DNA of 39,287 bases from a bacterium. GTDB lineage: Bacteria > RBG-13-61-14 > DATKZS01. The stretch covers positions 1 to 39,287 of the forward strand of contig JAWOBU010000131.1 of NCBI GenBank assembly GCA_046484135.1, read 5' to 3'. The translations under genes were made by a program, and so were the position numbers. Positions 9,164 through 18,182 of the stretch are shown piece after piece. The notes under the pieces were generated by a model. That model saw only the letters and a program-made list of their open reading frames with translations. It had not been told where the DNA came from and ran no database searches. Numbering within the stretch: the first letter of the stretch is position 1; every line of letters starts with the position of its first letter.

Positions 9164-9170
9164 CTCCTTT
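9164..9170 (-). promoter_or_regulatory. Displaced ancestral Shine-Dalgarno of polX (AAAGGAG)
   Basis: Removing the MITE plus one TSD gives AAAGGAG-N9-ATG on the minus strand. Confidence 0.65.
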
Positions 9171-9243
9171 TCCGAGGCCGCGGAAGCCGGCCCGTCAGGG
9201 GTTTATAGTTGCATAATTATCATAGATTAATAACATATCTGTA

Positions 9244-10287
9244 ATGGTCCCTCAATCGCCCGAAGTAGGACTTTCCGCTTCTGTTGTCATATTTCTGGCC
9301 TCTGCCGTGGTGATACTGGTGGCCGGCACCAAGCTGGCCCGCCTTGCCGACACCCTGGCCGACGCCACCGGTCTTGGCGAAGCATTGTTCGGAGCGGTGC
9401 TTCTCGGCGCATCCACCTCCCTGCCCGGGATCGTGACCTCGGTTACGGTGGCCTATGAAGGATACGCCCGGCTCGCTTTTTCCAACGCCATGGGAGGAAT
9501 AGCGGCACAGACCGTGTTCCTCGCTATCGCCGATATGGCCTATTCCCGCATCAACCTCGAACACGCCGCGGCGTCGCTCGCCAATATTATGCAGGGCGCT
9601 CTGCTCATCATCCTTCTTTCCCTGGTGCTCATGACCATAACCGGACCGGACATCTCCTTCGCAGGCGTCCACCCCACTTCCGTTTTTATTGTGCTGGCAT
9701 ATCTTTTCGGCCTGCGCATGATCGGCGCGACCCGCCGCGACTCGCTCTGGCGGGCCATCCGCACGCCCGAGACCGTGATAGACCGGCCGGAGGAGGCGGA
9801 GCGCATCTCCCGACGGTCGCTGGTACGGACGTGGGTCTTGTTTATTGTTTTCGCGCTCATCATCATGGCGGCGGGCTACGCAGTGGCCGAGACCGGCGCT
9901 ATTATCTCGAACGAGACCGGTTTGTCCGAGACCCTGGTGGGTGCACTGTTCACAGCCGTGGCCACCTCACTGCCCGAGCTCGTAACCTCGATTGCCGCGG
10001 TAAGGCACGGAGCGCCCACCCTGGCTGTGGGGAACATTATCGGAGGCAACACCTTTGACGTCCTGTTCGTCTCTTTCTCAGACGCAGCCTACCGGAAAGG
10101 CTCGCTCTATCATAACCTCGCCGGGCACGACGTGTTCGTGATAGCCCTTACCATACTCTTGACGTCCATACTTCTTTTGGGACTGCTCCGAAGGGAAAAA
10201 AAGGGGATCGCCAACATTGGCTTCGAAAGCTTTCTGGTGCTTATCATCTACCTCGCGGCTTTCGCCTTCATGTTCTTCTTTCTCTAA
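9244..10287 (+). CDS. Sodium:calcium antiporter (CaCA/YrbG family)
   Basis: Two alpha repeats, GASTSLPG...SNAMG and AVATSLPEL...GNIIGGN; about 10 TM segments. Confidence 0.9.
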   Translation: MVPQSPEVGLSASVVIFLASAVVILVAGTKLARLADTLADATGLGEALFGAVLLGASTSLPGIVTSVTVAYEGYARLAFSNAMGGIAAQTVFLAIADMAYSRINLEHAAASLANIMQGALLIILLSLVLMTITGPDISFAGVHPTSVFIVLAYLFGLRMIGATRRDSLWRAIRTPETVIDRPEEAERISRRSLVRTWVLFIVFALIIMAAGYAVAETGAIISNETGLSETLVGALFTAVATSLPELVTSIAAVRHGAPTLAVGNIIGGNTFDVLFVSFSDAAYRKGSLYHNLAGHDVFVIALTILLTSILLLGLLRREKKGIANIGFESFLVLIIYLAAFAFMFFFL

Positions 10288-10403
10288 CAAGACGAATATT
10301 GTTTATTACGCGAGAGATGACTCATAAGTGCGAGCGAGTTCCGCTCCGGGGAAAAATAAAATCTTGTTTGAGTGGAGCTTCTTGGTTAAAAGCCAGGATA
10401 GCG

Positions 10404-10493
10404 GTGGGAGAGCTCCTGGTCTCGATTTTCGCAAGCTGCCTGCCTGTGCGTTCCGCACGCAGACAGGCACGCAGACAGGGAGCCCGCTCCCGC
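10404..10493. repeat. REP doublet (REPIN-like), GTGG-foot family, with an insertion in the right hairpin loop
   Basis: GTGGGAGAGCTCCTGGTCTCGAT...TCGCAAGCTG[insert]GAGCCCGCTCCCGC aligns to the uninterrupted copy at 26934-26984. Confidence 0.65.
10439..10479. mobile_element. 41-bp CCTG...CAGG mini-element with a tandem 12-bp duplication
   Basis: CCTGCCTGTGCGTTCCG-CACGCAGACAGG-CACGCAGACAGG. Ends CCTGCCTG/CAGACAGG are near-inverted. Absent from the homologous position in the 26961-26984 REP. Confidence 0.6.
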
Positions 10494-10847
10494 CATTCAA
10501 AAGCTTCGGACCACTCCAGCCTTCATAATTTTTAAAAAGCTCGAATAGATAAAAAGGATATGCGGCAGGCAGGTATCCCAACTTCACTCTTTGCCCGAAA
10601 AGGTCAATAAAATTTCTCCACCTTTTAGCCCGGTTTGCTCGGCTTTGCCAGGGATGCCGGAACAGGGCTACCAGCTCAAGCTCGGGGAGCCTAATCTTTC
10701 CTTTCGGGAGCTCCTTTAAAAATACAATGATTTCAACAAGTTCTGTCTGATTTCTCGGTTTTTTCTTGTTTTTGGCAAAAATCTTTCCTGAATTGTCATT
10801 ATGTGGTTGAAAAATCACACAGGCCGGGATAAAATGGAGATGATTTT

Positions 10848-11345
10848 ATGAGCAACATATCGGAGGACAGATTGAACGACCAGGTATCGGAAGCGCGTCC
10901 GGGATGGGACGAGTATTTTGTTTCCATCACCCGGCTGGTTGCCAGTCGCTCGACCTGCCTTCGGCGGTCGGTGGGCGCGATCATAGTGAAGGACCGGCGG
11001 ATACTGACCACCGGTTATAACGGCGCTCCTTCCGGTCTTCCCCACTGCCGGGAGACGGGCTGCCTGCGGGAGGAGCGGGGGGTCCCTTCGGGCGAGCGGG
11101 CGGAGATCTGCCGTGGTCTTCACGCGGAGCAGAACGCCATCATCCAGGCGGCTCGCCACGGGGTTTGCATCGAGGGCTCGAGCTTGTACTGCACCAACCA
11201 GCCTTGCCTGATCTGTGCCAAGATGCTGATAAACGCGGGGATCGTGGAAATAGTTTACGAAGACGGGTACCCGGACCCGTTGGCGGAGAAAATGCTGGAG
11301 GAGGCGCAGGTCCGGGTGCGCCGGTATGAGGGAGGCGGAAGATGA
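10848..11345 (+). CDS. dCMP deaminase / ComEB-family zinc deaminase
   Basis: [37 protein letters not shown] upstream. Confidence 0.9.
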   Translation: MSNISEDRLNDQVSEARPGWDEYFVSITRLVASRSTCLRRSVGAIIVKDRRILTTGYNGAPSGLPHCRETGCLREERGVPSGERAEICRGLHAEQNAIIQAARHGVCIEGSSLYCTNQPCLICAKMLINAGIVEIVYEDGYPDPLAEKMLEEAQVRVRRYEGGGR

Positions 11346-11821
11346 AGTGTCCGTTTTGCGGAGATTTGGAGAACAAGGTTATAGACTCGCGCTTGAGCAA
11401 GGAGAGCGAGGTAATCCGGCGGCGGCGGGAATGTATCGAGTGCGGCCGTCGTTTCACCACCTATGAACGGATCGAAGAGGTCCTTCCGCTGGTGATCAAG
11501 AAGGACAGCCGGCGGGAGCCCTTCGACCGTATGAAGATAATAATCGGTCTTAAGAAGGCCTGTGAGAAACGTCCCATTTCCATCACCACCCTGGAGAAGG
11601 TAGCGGAGCGCATCGAGGCCGGCCTGCAGGAGCGGGGGGACAAGGAGATACCTGCGGAGGAGATCGGGGCCTCGATCATGGAGGAGCTTTTCCACCTTGA
11701 TCACGTGGCCTATGTCCGGTTCGCTTCCGTGTACCGCTCTTTCAAGGACGCCCATCACTTCATGGAGGAGCTCCGGGACCTCTTGCAGAGACAGAAAGAA
11801 GAGGCGGACAAGAAAAAATGA
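11342..11821 (+). CDS. nrdR: Transcriptional repressor NrdR
   Basis: MKCPFC...KVIDSR...[19 protein letters not shown]-cone, [10 protein letters not shown]. Confidence 0.97.
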   Translation: MKCPFCGDLENKVIDSRLSKESEVIRRRRECIECGRRFTTYERIEEVLPLVIKKDSRREPFDRMKIIIGLKKACEKRPISITTLEKVAERIEAGLQERGDKEIPAEEIGASIMEELFHLDHVAYVRFASVYRSFKDAHHFMEELRDLLQRQKEEADKKK

Positions 11822-12939
11822 AGAACAATGACAATGACGACGTAGCATGGATGAAGCGGGCGCTCTGGCTCGCGCGGAAAGGCGAAGGCGAGACGTGCCA
11901 ACACCCCATGGTGGGGGCGGTCATAGTCAAGCACGGCCACAAGGTCTCCGAGGGATGGTTCCGCAGGCCGGGAGAGCCGCACGCCGAGGTCCACGCTCTC
12001 CGGGAAGGCGGGGCCAACGTGCGGGGGTCCACCATCTACCTGAACCTGGAGCCGTGTTCCCATTACGGCCAGACACCTCCGTGCGCTGACGCACTGGTTC
12101 GGGCGGGCATCAAGAGAGTGGTCGCCGGAATGATGGACCCCAATCCGCTGGTGTCCGGCCGCGGGTTCGCCATGTTAAGAGACGGCGGCGTAAAGGTGGA
12201 CACCGGGGTGCTGGAGAAAGAATGCCAGGACTTGAACCGGGTGTTCACGAAGTATATAACCACCAAGAGACCCTACGTAATTTTGAAGGCGGCTGCGACC
12301 CTGGACGGAAATATAGCCACCAAGACCGGCAACTCGCTCTACATCACCGGCGAGGAGGCCCGCAAAGAGGTCCACCGGCTCCGGGACATCTATCAGGCGG
12401 TCATGGTGGGCGCCGGCACCGTAAAGGCGGACAATCCCCAGCTTACGGTGCGGCGGCAAGGAGGAAAAAATCGCCATCCCCGGCCGGTTGTCCTCTCCTC
12501 CAAGCTCGACTTTCCCTTGAAGTCCAACTTCATGTCCGCGGGAGGAGAAGACGGGCCCCTTATCTTTACCAGCAAGGTGGCGGGGGTAAAAAAGATCAAG
12601 TCCTTCCGGCAGGCGGGCGCCGAGGTCGAGATTATAAAGAAAGACCGGTCAGGCGGGCTGGATTTAAAGGAGATCATGAAGCAACTGGGGGAGCGGCAGA
12701 TCGCGAGCGTTCTTCTGGAAGGGGGAGGCGGTCTTTTCAGCTCCTTCCTGCGGGCGAACATGGCGGACGAGGTGGTCATGTTCTTTGCGCCCCGCATGCT
12801 GGCCGGAGACGGAATTCCCCTGACCAGGGGCACGGGCCCGCGCAAGATGGAAGATGCACTTCTGCTTGATGACCTGTCCTCCCGCCGCCTGGGAGAGGAC
12901 ATCATGATAACCGGCCGGGTGATAAACGGAAGGCATTGA
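11818..12939 (+). CDS. ribD: Bifunctional pyrimidine deaminase/reductase of riboflavin synthesis
   Basis: [43 protein letters not shown]. Confidence 0.95.
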   Translation: MKNNDNDDVAWMKRALWLARKGEGETCQHPMVGAVIVKHGHKVSEGWFRRPGEPHAEVHALREGGANVRGSTIYLNLEPCSHYGQTPPCADALVRAGIKRVVAGMMDPNPLVSGRGFAMLRDGGVKVDTGVLEKECQDLNRVFTKYITTKRPYVILKAAATLDGNIATKTGNSLYITGEEARKEVHRLRDIYQAVMVGAGTVKADNPQLTVRRQGGKNRHPRPVVLSSKLDFPLKSNFMSAGGEDGPLIFTSKVAGVKKIKSFRQAGAEVEIIKKDRSGGLDLKEIMKQLGERQIASVLLEGGGGLFSSFLRANMADEVVMFFAPRMLAGDGIPLTRGTGPRKMEDALLLDDLSSRRLGEDIMITGRVINGRH

Positions 12940-13005
12940 AAGCATAGGCGAGCCGGTTATTGACAAAAGGTGACGCGGAAACAGAAATTGTAAAGAACGA
13001 TTTTT

Positions 13006-13027
13006 TCGCGACTGAAGTCGCTCGCAC
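13006..13027 (-). repeat. REP, GTGC-foot family (GTGCGAGCGACTTCAGTCGCGA)
   Basis: One loop change versus consensus; lies upstream of RAYT. Confidence 0.9.
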
Positions 13028-13137
13028 AATGGTAAAGTGATCGCGAGGTCGCGCGGGAATTTTATTGCGATTTATTAAACTGACGTAATATGTGCGAATT
13101 TGCTTTTGTAAGAGTAATTTTTATGAGATCAATTTTC

Positions 13138-13159
13138 GTGCGAGCGACTTTAGTCGCGA
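13138..13159 (+). repeat. REP, GTGC-foot family (consensus copy)
   Basis: GTGCGAGCGACTTTAGTCGCGA, 28 bp before the RAYT ATG. Confidence 0.9.
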
Positions 13160-13187
13160 TTAAATTTCAGAGCTTAATCAGAAAACA

Positions 13188-13686
13188 ATGGAAAGGAAGA
13201 ACCAAAAGGGGAATAAAAAACCGGATAAAGGCTCGCGATTGCTCAGGAAAGGCAGGCGTTCTTTCGGACACGGAGTTTATTTTATCAGTGCATTCAAGAA
13301 CCCGGAAGCAGAGCTATTGGATAATACGGCCTGCTTTGACTCGGTTATATTAACACTGGAGAAGCTTGAGGAAGAGAATTTGCTGGAATGGTTTGGCTTG
13401 GTCCTGATGCCCGATCATTTTCATTATGATTTTAAGGCTTGGTGAAAATATTGAGCTAAGCAAGATGATGCAAAGAATCAAAGGGAATTCATCCCACGAG
13501 ATCAATCGGCGTTTGGGAGGAAAAGGATCGGTCTGGTATAAAGGTTTCCATGATCGGCTGATCCGGGACCATGAAGACGTCAGCCGTTACCTTCAATATC
13601 TTTATGAGAACCCGGTGCGGAAAGGTCTTGTGAAGGAAGCTTCCGAGTGGAAATTTACGAAGATAAAATGGAAAATGTTCCAATGA
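13188..13686 (+). pseudogene. rayT: REP-associated tyrosine transposase (RAYT/TnpA-REP, Y1 HUH family), split by one extra base at ~13425
   Basis: ORF1 has LRKGRRS...YFIS...VLMPDHFH (HUH). ORF2 has MILRL...MQRIKG.S...VW..GFHDRLIR...QYLYENPVRKGLV...W. Sequence cat-ttt-cat-T-atg-att; deleting one T fuses the two ORFs. Flanked by inverted REPs. Confidence 0.88.
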
Positions 13687-13688
13687 CA

Positions 13689-13710
13689 TCGCGGCTAAAG
13701 CCGCTCGCAC
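13689..13710 (-). repeat. REP, GTGC-foot family (GTGCGAGCGGCTTTAGCCGCGA)
   Basis: Compensatory A-T to G-C pair in the stem; 2 bp after the RAYT stop. Confidence 0.9.
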
Positions 13711-13723
13711 GAAAAGGGAATTA

Positions 13724-13745
13724 TCGCGGATGAAGTCGCTCGCAC
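13724..13745 (-). repeat. REP, GTGC-foot family, degenerate (GTGCGAGCGACTTCATCCGCGA)
   Basis: Same length and ends; two stem mismatches. Confidence 0.8.
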
Positions 13746-13795
13746 GATGTTAGTCATGCGGGCAAATTGCGCTATTCTATTTATAGAGAGAAACG

Positions 13796-14446
13796 ATGTT
13801 TACCGGGCTCATTGAACGGATAGGTGTAGTAAATAAGTGCGTGCGGAGCGTTGCGGGCTTGCGGCTGGAGATCGCTTCGGGGGAAGACGGTTTTGACCTG
13901 GCGGCGGGGGACTCGGTGGCGGTGGACGGGCTTTGCCTTACCGCTTCTTCTGTTTCCGAGGAGTCGTTCGTGGTTGATGTTAGCCGGGAGTCCCTGGCCC
14001 GGTCCACCTTGCAGGAGGTCCGGAACGGCCGGCGGGTCAACCTGGAGCGCTCGCTTAGGCTTGGCGACCGGCTGGGCGGGCACATGGTAACCGGCCACAT
14101 AGACGGGACGGGCCGGATAGCCGAGGCCCGGCCCGAGGGAGGCTTCGCTCGCCTCACCATAGCCGCTCCCCCCGAGGTCCTGGCCTTGATGGTGGAGAAG
14201 GGATCAATAGCGGTGGACGGAATAAGCCTGACCGTTAACGGACTGATGGCCGATCGGTTCTGGATGACGGTAATACCAGAGACCCTGGCCCGGACCACCC
14301 TGGGTAACAAGACCCCGGGCGACCTGGTCAACCTGGAAACGGACCTCCTCGGCAAGTACGTGGCCAGGCTGCTGGGCTTTCGCACCCAGACTCCCGCTCC
14401 GCAGGAGGGCCTGCTCGAGAAGCTAAAGCAGGAAGGATTCTTTTGA
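13796..14446 (+). CDS. ribE: Riboflavin synthase (alpha chain)
   Basis: MFTGLIE start, GDSVAVDGLCLT, VNLERSL, GGHMVTGHIDG, KGSIAVDGISLT, VNLETD. Confidence 0.96.
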   Translation: MFTGLIERIGVVNKCVRSVAGLRLEIASGEDGFDLAAGDSVAVDGLCLTASSVSEESFVVDVSRESLARSTLQEVRNGRRVNLERSLRLGDRLGGHMVTGHIDGTGRIAEARPEGGFARLTIAAPPEVLALMVEKGSIAVDGISLTVNGLMADRFWMTVIPETLARTTLGNKTPGDLVNLETDLLGKYVARLLGFRTQTPAPQEGLLEKLKQEGFF

Positions 14447-14514
14447 TCCCGCTTCCCGAAATAACAATACCCCTGTCGCTCGTTGTACTGCCCTCGGCAG
14501 GTTAAGGCGCGTTC

Positions 14515-15963
14515 ATGGCCAGGCTGATCTTCTTTCAACTGAACCACTACGAGCTTCACGGTCCGGAGTCCATATCCTCGGTCCTGTCCGAACACGGGCA
14601 TCAGACCAGGCTGGTCGTTCCCGGACTGGAGCGGGATCCCCTTCACGCCATCGAGGCCGAAAAGCCGGACGTTATCGGCATCGGCCATACTACCGCGGAG
14701 CGGCAGGAGGCGCTGGCGTGGGCGCGGCTGTTCAAGAAACGCACCAGCGCCCGGGTGGTGCTGGGCGGGGTAGACCCCACCTTCCAGCCGGAGCTGGCCC
14801 GGGACCCGGCAGTGGACGCAGTGGTGCGGGGGGAGGCGGAGTTTCCACTTCTCGAGATCATGGACCGGGCGGAGGAGAACAAAGACCTTTCCGACATCGA
14901 AAGCGTGGCCTGGTCCGAGAACGGCGAGCTCCGGATGAGCCCGGTGCGGCCCCTTGTCTGCGACCTGGACCGCCTGCCTTTCCCGGACAAGGACTTGTAC
15001 CTCGGGCAGTACCGCTACTTCCGGTCCTATCCCATCAAGTTCTTCATGGCAAGCAGGGGCTGCCCACACGGTTGTACCTACTGCGCCAATAAGGGGCTTA
15101 GAAAGCTCTATCCCAATCCGGCCGACTACGTCCGCTTCAAGTCGCCTACCTACCTCGCGGAAGAGATAAAAAGCGTGCTCGCCAAGTACCCCGCACGCAC
15201 CGTAGGCTTTAACGACGACCTGTTCACGCATGACCCGGACTGGCTCTCCGAGTTCCTGCCCCGCTATAAAGACGAGATCGGCCTGCCTTTTTTCTGCACC
15301 GCCCGCATAGACACCATGACCGATGAGAAGGCTAGGCTTCTTTCCGAAGGCGGCTGTTACACCTGCTGGTACGGCTTGGAAAGCGCAGGTGAAGCCACCC
15401 GGCAGGCGGTATTGGGACGGAAGATGAAAAACCAGGACATCCGGGAGGGAACCCGCATCCTTCACGAGCACGGCATTCTTACCCAGAGCTATAACATGCT
15501 GAACATTCCAGGCGAGTCAGTGGATGACGCCCTCGAGACCCTCAGGTTCAACATCGAGCTTCAAAACGACTTTGTGGTGGCGTCCCTGTTCCAGCCCTTT
15601 CCGGGCACCGAGCTCACCAGAAGGCTCATAGAGGACGGGAAGCTTGAAGACCCCGACTCCTATCACGGCAGGGAAGCGTTGTCCTACTTCGCCTTTTCTC
15701 CCTTCCAGCAGCGAGACACCCGGCTCCACGAGAACCTGCAGAAGCTTTTCATCCTGGGGCACCGCCACCCGCGGCTTGTCCCGCTCATAAAAAAAGTCCT
15801 GAGTTTGCCGAAAAACCCGCTTTTTGATATCCTGTTCTTGGGGAGTTTTGCCATTGATTACGGCAGGTCCCACCGCCTCCGGCCGTGGGAGGTGGTACAC
15901 TATAATCTGCGGCACCTTTGGACCACTTATCTGGCCCGGAACCGGAAGGTGCCGGAGGGTTGA
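14515..15963 (+). CDS. B12-binding-domain radical SAM protein (class B methyltransferase/BchE-like)
   Basis: N-terminal cobalamin-binding Rossmann (PDVIGI, VVLGGVDPT, VRGEAE), SRGCPHGCTYC, FNDDLF, GLES, PFPGTEL. Confidence 0.9.
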   Translation: MARLIFFQLNHYELHGPESISSVLSEHGHQTRLVVPGLERDPLHAIEAEKPDVIGIGHTTAERQEALAWARLFKKRTSARVVLGGVDPTFQPELARDPAVDAVVRGEAEFPLLEIMDRAEENKDLSDIESVAWSENGELRMSPVRPLVCDLDRLPFPDKDLYLGQYRYFRSYPIKFFMASRGCPHGCTYCANKGLRKLYPNPADYVRFKSPTYLAEEIKSVLAKYPARTVGFNDDLFTHDPDWLSEFLPRYKDEIGLPFFCTARIDTMTDEKARLLSEGGCYTCWYGLESAGEATRQAVLGRKMKNQDIREGTRILHEHGILTQSYNMLNIPGESVDDALETLRFNIELQNDFVVASLFQPFPGTELTRRLIEDGKLEDPDSYHGREALSYFAFSPFQQRDTRLHENLQKLFILGHRHPRLVPLIKKVLSLPKNPLFDILFLGSFAIDYGRSHRLRPWEVVHYNLRHLWTTYLARNRKVPEG

Positions 15964-16038
15964 GCTTTAGAATTATGAAAGCCGGGCTTTCAGCCTGAAG
16001 CCGTTTCCAGTAAGGCGTGAGCCGGGGGGGGAGTTATT

Positions 16039-17256
16039 ATGTCAGGCAGTAGAAGAACGAGTATAGAACAGGCGATCGAGGACATCCGCGATGGCAGGAT
16101 GGTCATCCTGGTTGACGACGAGGACCGGGAGAACGAGGGCGACCTGTGCTGTGCCGCTGAAAAGGTGTCGCCCGAGATCGTGAATTTCATGGCCACCCGG
16201 GGCCGCGGTTTGATCTGTCTTTCCATGACCGAAGAAAAGGCGGACTCGCTGGACTTAAAGCCCATGTGCGAGAACAACGAGGCCCCTTTGCGCACGGCGT
16301 TTACGGTGTCCATCGAGGCCCGGCAAGGGGTCACCACCGGCATATCAGCTCATGACCGTGCCCGGACCGTTCTTACCGCGGTGGCGGAGGACGCGAAGCC
16401 GGAAGACCTGGTGCGGCCGGGGCATGTTTTCCCGCTTCGGGCCCGCAAGGGCGGAGTTCTGGTGCGGACGGGCCAGACCGAGGGATCGGTGGACCTGGCC
16501 CGGCTGGCGGGCCTTACTTCCGCGGGCGTGATATGCGAGGTCATGAAGGACGACGGAACCATGGCGCGGATGCCGGACCTGGAGAGGTTCGCGGAGGAGC
16601 ATGACCTTCACATAGTAACAGTGGCCGACATCATCGAGTACCGGATGAAGAACGAGAGGCTGGTGCACCGGGCGGTGGAGACCTCGCTTCCCTCCCAGCA
16701 CGGGGGAGAATGGAAAGCCATCGCCTACACCAGCGACGTTTCCCCGGACGTGCATCTGGCCCTGGTAAAGGGCGAAATCCAGCCGGAAGACAACGTGCTG
16801 GTCCGGGTCCACAGCGAGTGCCTGACCGGTGACGTGCTGGGGTCGTTGCGTTGCGACTGCGGTCCCCAGCTCCAGCAGGCCATGGAGATGATAGCGCAGG
16901 AGGGCAAAGGGGTCGTTCTCTATATGCGCCAGGAGGGACGCGGTATCGGGCTGTTGAACAAGCTCAAGGCCTACCACCTCCAGGACCAGGGCATGGACAC
17001 GGTCGAGGCCAACCTGGCGCTCGGGTTCAAGCCGGACCTGCGCGACTACGGCATCGGCGCCCAGATACTGGCCGACCTGGGGATTAAGAAGATGCGGGAG
17101 ATAACCAATAACCCCAAGAAGATCGTGGGGCTGGAAGGGTATGACCTCGAGGTTACCGAGCGGGTCCCCATCGAGATTTGCCCGAACTGCAACAACATCC
17201 ATTACCTCACGACCAAGAAGGAAAAGATGGGCCATATCCTGACTTTCAAGGACTAG
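16039..17256 (+). CDS. ribBA: Bifunctional DHBP synthase / GTP cyclohydrolase II
   Basis: [53 protein letters not shown]. Confidence 0.97.
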   Translation: MSGSRRTSIEQAIEDIRDGRMVILVDDEDRENEGDLCCAAEKVSPEIVNFMATRGRGLICLSMTEEKADSLDLKPMCENNEAPLRTAFTVSIEARQGVTTGISAHDRARTVLTAVAEDAKPEDLVRPGHVFPLRARKGGVLVRTGQTEGSVDLARLAGLTSAGVICEVMKDDGTMARMPDLERFAEEHDLHIVTVADIIEYRMKNERLVHRAVETSLPSQHGGEWKAIAYTSDVSPDVHLALVKGEIQPEDNVLVRVHSECLTGDVLGSLRCDCGPQLQQAMEMIAQEGKGVVLYMRQEGRGIGLLNKLKAYHLQDQGMDTVEANLALGFKPDLRDYGIGAQILADLGIKKMREITNNPKKIVGLEGYDLEVTERVPIEICPNCNNIHYLTTKKEKMGHILTFKD

Positions 17257-17272
17257 GCCCGGGGAGGACATA

Positions 17273-17737
17273 ATGCCCAGGATCATAGAAGGAAACCTGG
17301 ACGCCAAGGGCCTTGGCTTCGCAGTGGTGGTAAGCCGCTTCAACGACTTTATCACCGGCAAGCTTATGGAGGGCTGCCTGGACGGCCTCGCCCGGCACGG
17401 AGCGGAGGACGACGACATATCCGTAATCAAGGTCCCCGGCAGCTTCGAGATGCCGGTGATTGTAAAGAAGCTGGCCCGCTCCGGCGACTATGACGCGGTG
17501 ATAGCGCTGGGGGCCATAATCAGGGGCTCGACCCCCCACTTCGAGTACGTGGCAGCCGAGGCCACCAAGGGCATAGCACAGGCCATGCTCGAGACAGGCG
17601 TGCCCGTGGCCTTTGGAGTGATAACCAGCGACACCATCGAGCAGGCCGTCGAGCGGGCCGGGACCAAGTCGGGAAACAAGGGATACGACGCGGCCATGTC
17701 CGCCATCGAAATGTGCCGCGTGCTCCGACAGCTCTAA
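17273..17737 (+). CDS. ribH: 6,7-dimethyl-8-ribityllumazine synthase
   Basis: [34 protein letters not shown]. Confidence 0.97.
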   Translation: MPRIIEGNLDAKGLGFAVVVSRFNDFITGKLMEGCLDGLARHGAEDDDISVIKVPGSFEMPVIVKKLARSGDYDAVIALGAIIRGSTPHFEYVAAEATKGIAQAMLETGVPVAFGVITSDTIEQAVERAGTKSGNKGYDAAMSAIEMCRVLRQL

Positions 17738-17744
17738 GATAAAA

Positions 17745-18182
17745 ATGGGAAAACGCCGCCGCGCCCGCGAGCTGGCCCTCCAGTACCTCTACCAGTGGGA
17801 CTTCCACGGAGAAAAGGGAAAAGAAGTCGCCGACCTGTTCTGGCAAAGCAGAAGCGACGGCGAAGAGGTCAAGTCTTTTGCCGAGTCTTTAATACACGGG
17901 GTGGAAAAGAACCGCGAGAGCATAGACCAAAGGATCGAGTCCCGCTCGAGCCACTGGAAGCTATACCGCATGAGCCGCGTGGACAGAAACATCCTACGCC
18001 TGGCCGCCTATGAGCTCGAGTTCCTAAAGGACATTCCCCCCAAGGTCACCATTGACGAAGCCATTGAAATAGCAAAAAGGTTCGGGACCACCGAGTCAGC
18101 ATCTTTCATTAACGGCATCCTGGACCAGGTGGCAAAAAGCCTGCAACAGGACCCGGCCTCAGAGCAGATACCCAAACCATGA
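17745..18182 (+). CDS. nusB: Transcription antitermination factor NusB
   Basis: RRRARELALQ, DRNILR, IDEAIEIAKRF, FINGILD; follows ribH. Confidence 0.96.
   Translation: MGKRRRARELALQYLYQWDFHGEKGKEVADLFWQSRSDGEEVKSFAESLIHGVEKNRESIDQRIESRSSHWKLYRMSRVDRNILRLAAYELEFLKDIPPKVTIDEAIEIAKRFGTTESASFINGILDQVAKSLQQDPASEQIPKP

Noticed and set aside
10802..10819. CRP/FNR-like or NrdR box (TGTGGTTGAAAAATCACA)
   Set aside because: Half-site spacing is 8 rather than 6 and it does not fit the NrdR consensus; too weak to call.
10288..10847. FMN riboswitch or protein-coding ORFs (10306-10818 etc.) upstream of the rib cluster
   Set aside because: No AGGGC...GAAA...CCGAC FMN core is visible. The ORFs cross repeat-derived sequence and lack motifs or an RBS.
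13188..13686. Ordinary IS200/IS605 TnpA
   Set aside because: LRKGR N-terminus, W...(F/Y)HD..IR and Y...NPV..GLV motifs plus flanking REPs fit RAYT; no tnpB is present.
13689..13745. CRISPR-like mini-array (two 22-bp palindromic direct repeats)
   Set aside because: The spacer is only 13 bp, copies occur dispersed in both orientations, there are no cas genes, and the adjacent RAYT explains them as REPs.
13777..15471. 564-aa minus-strand ORF
   Set aside because: Antisense shadow of ribE and the radical SAM gene in GC-rich DNA; no recognisable motifs.
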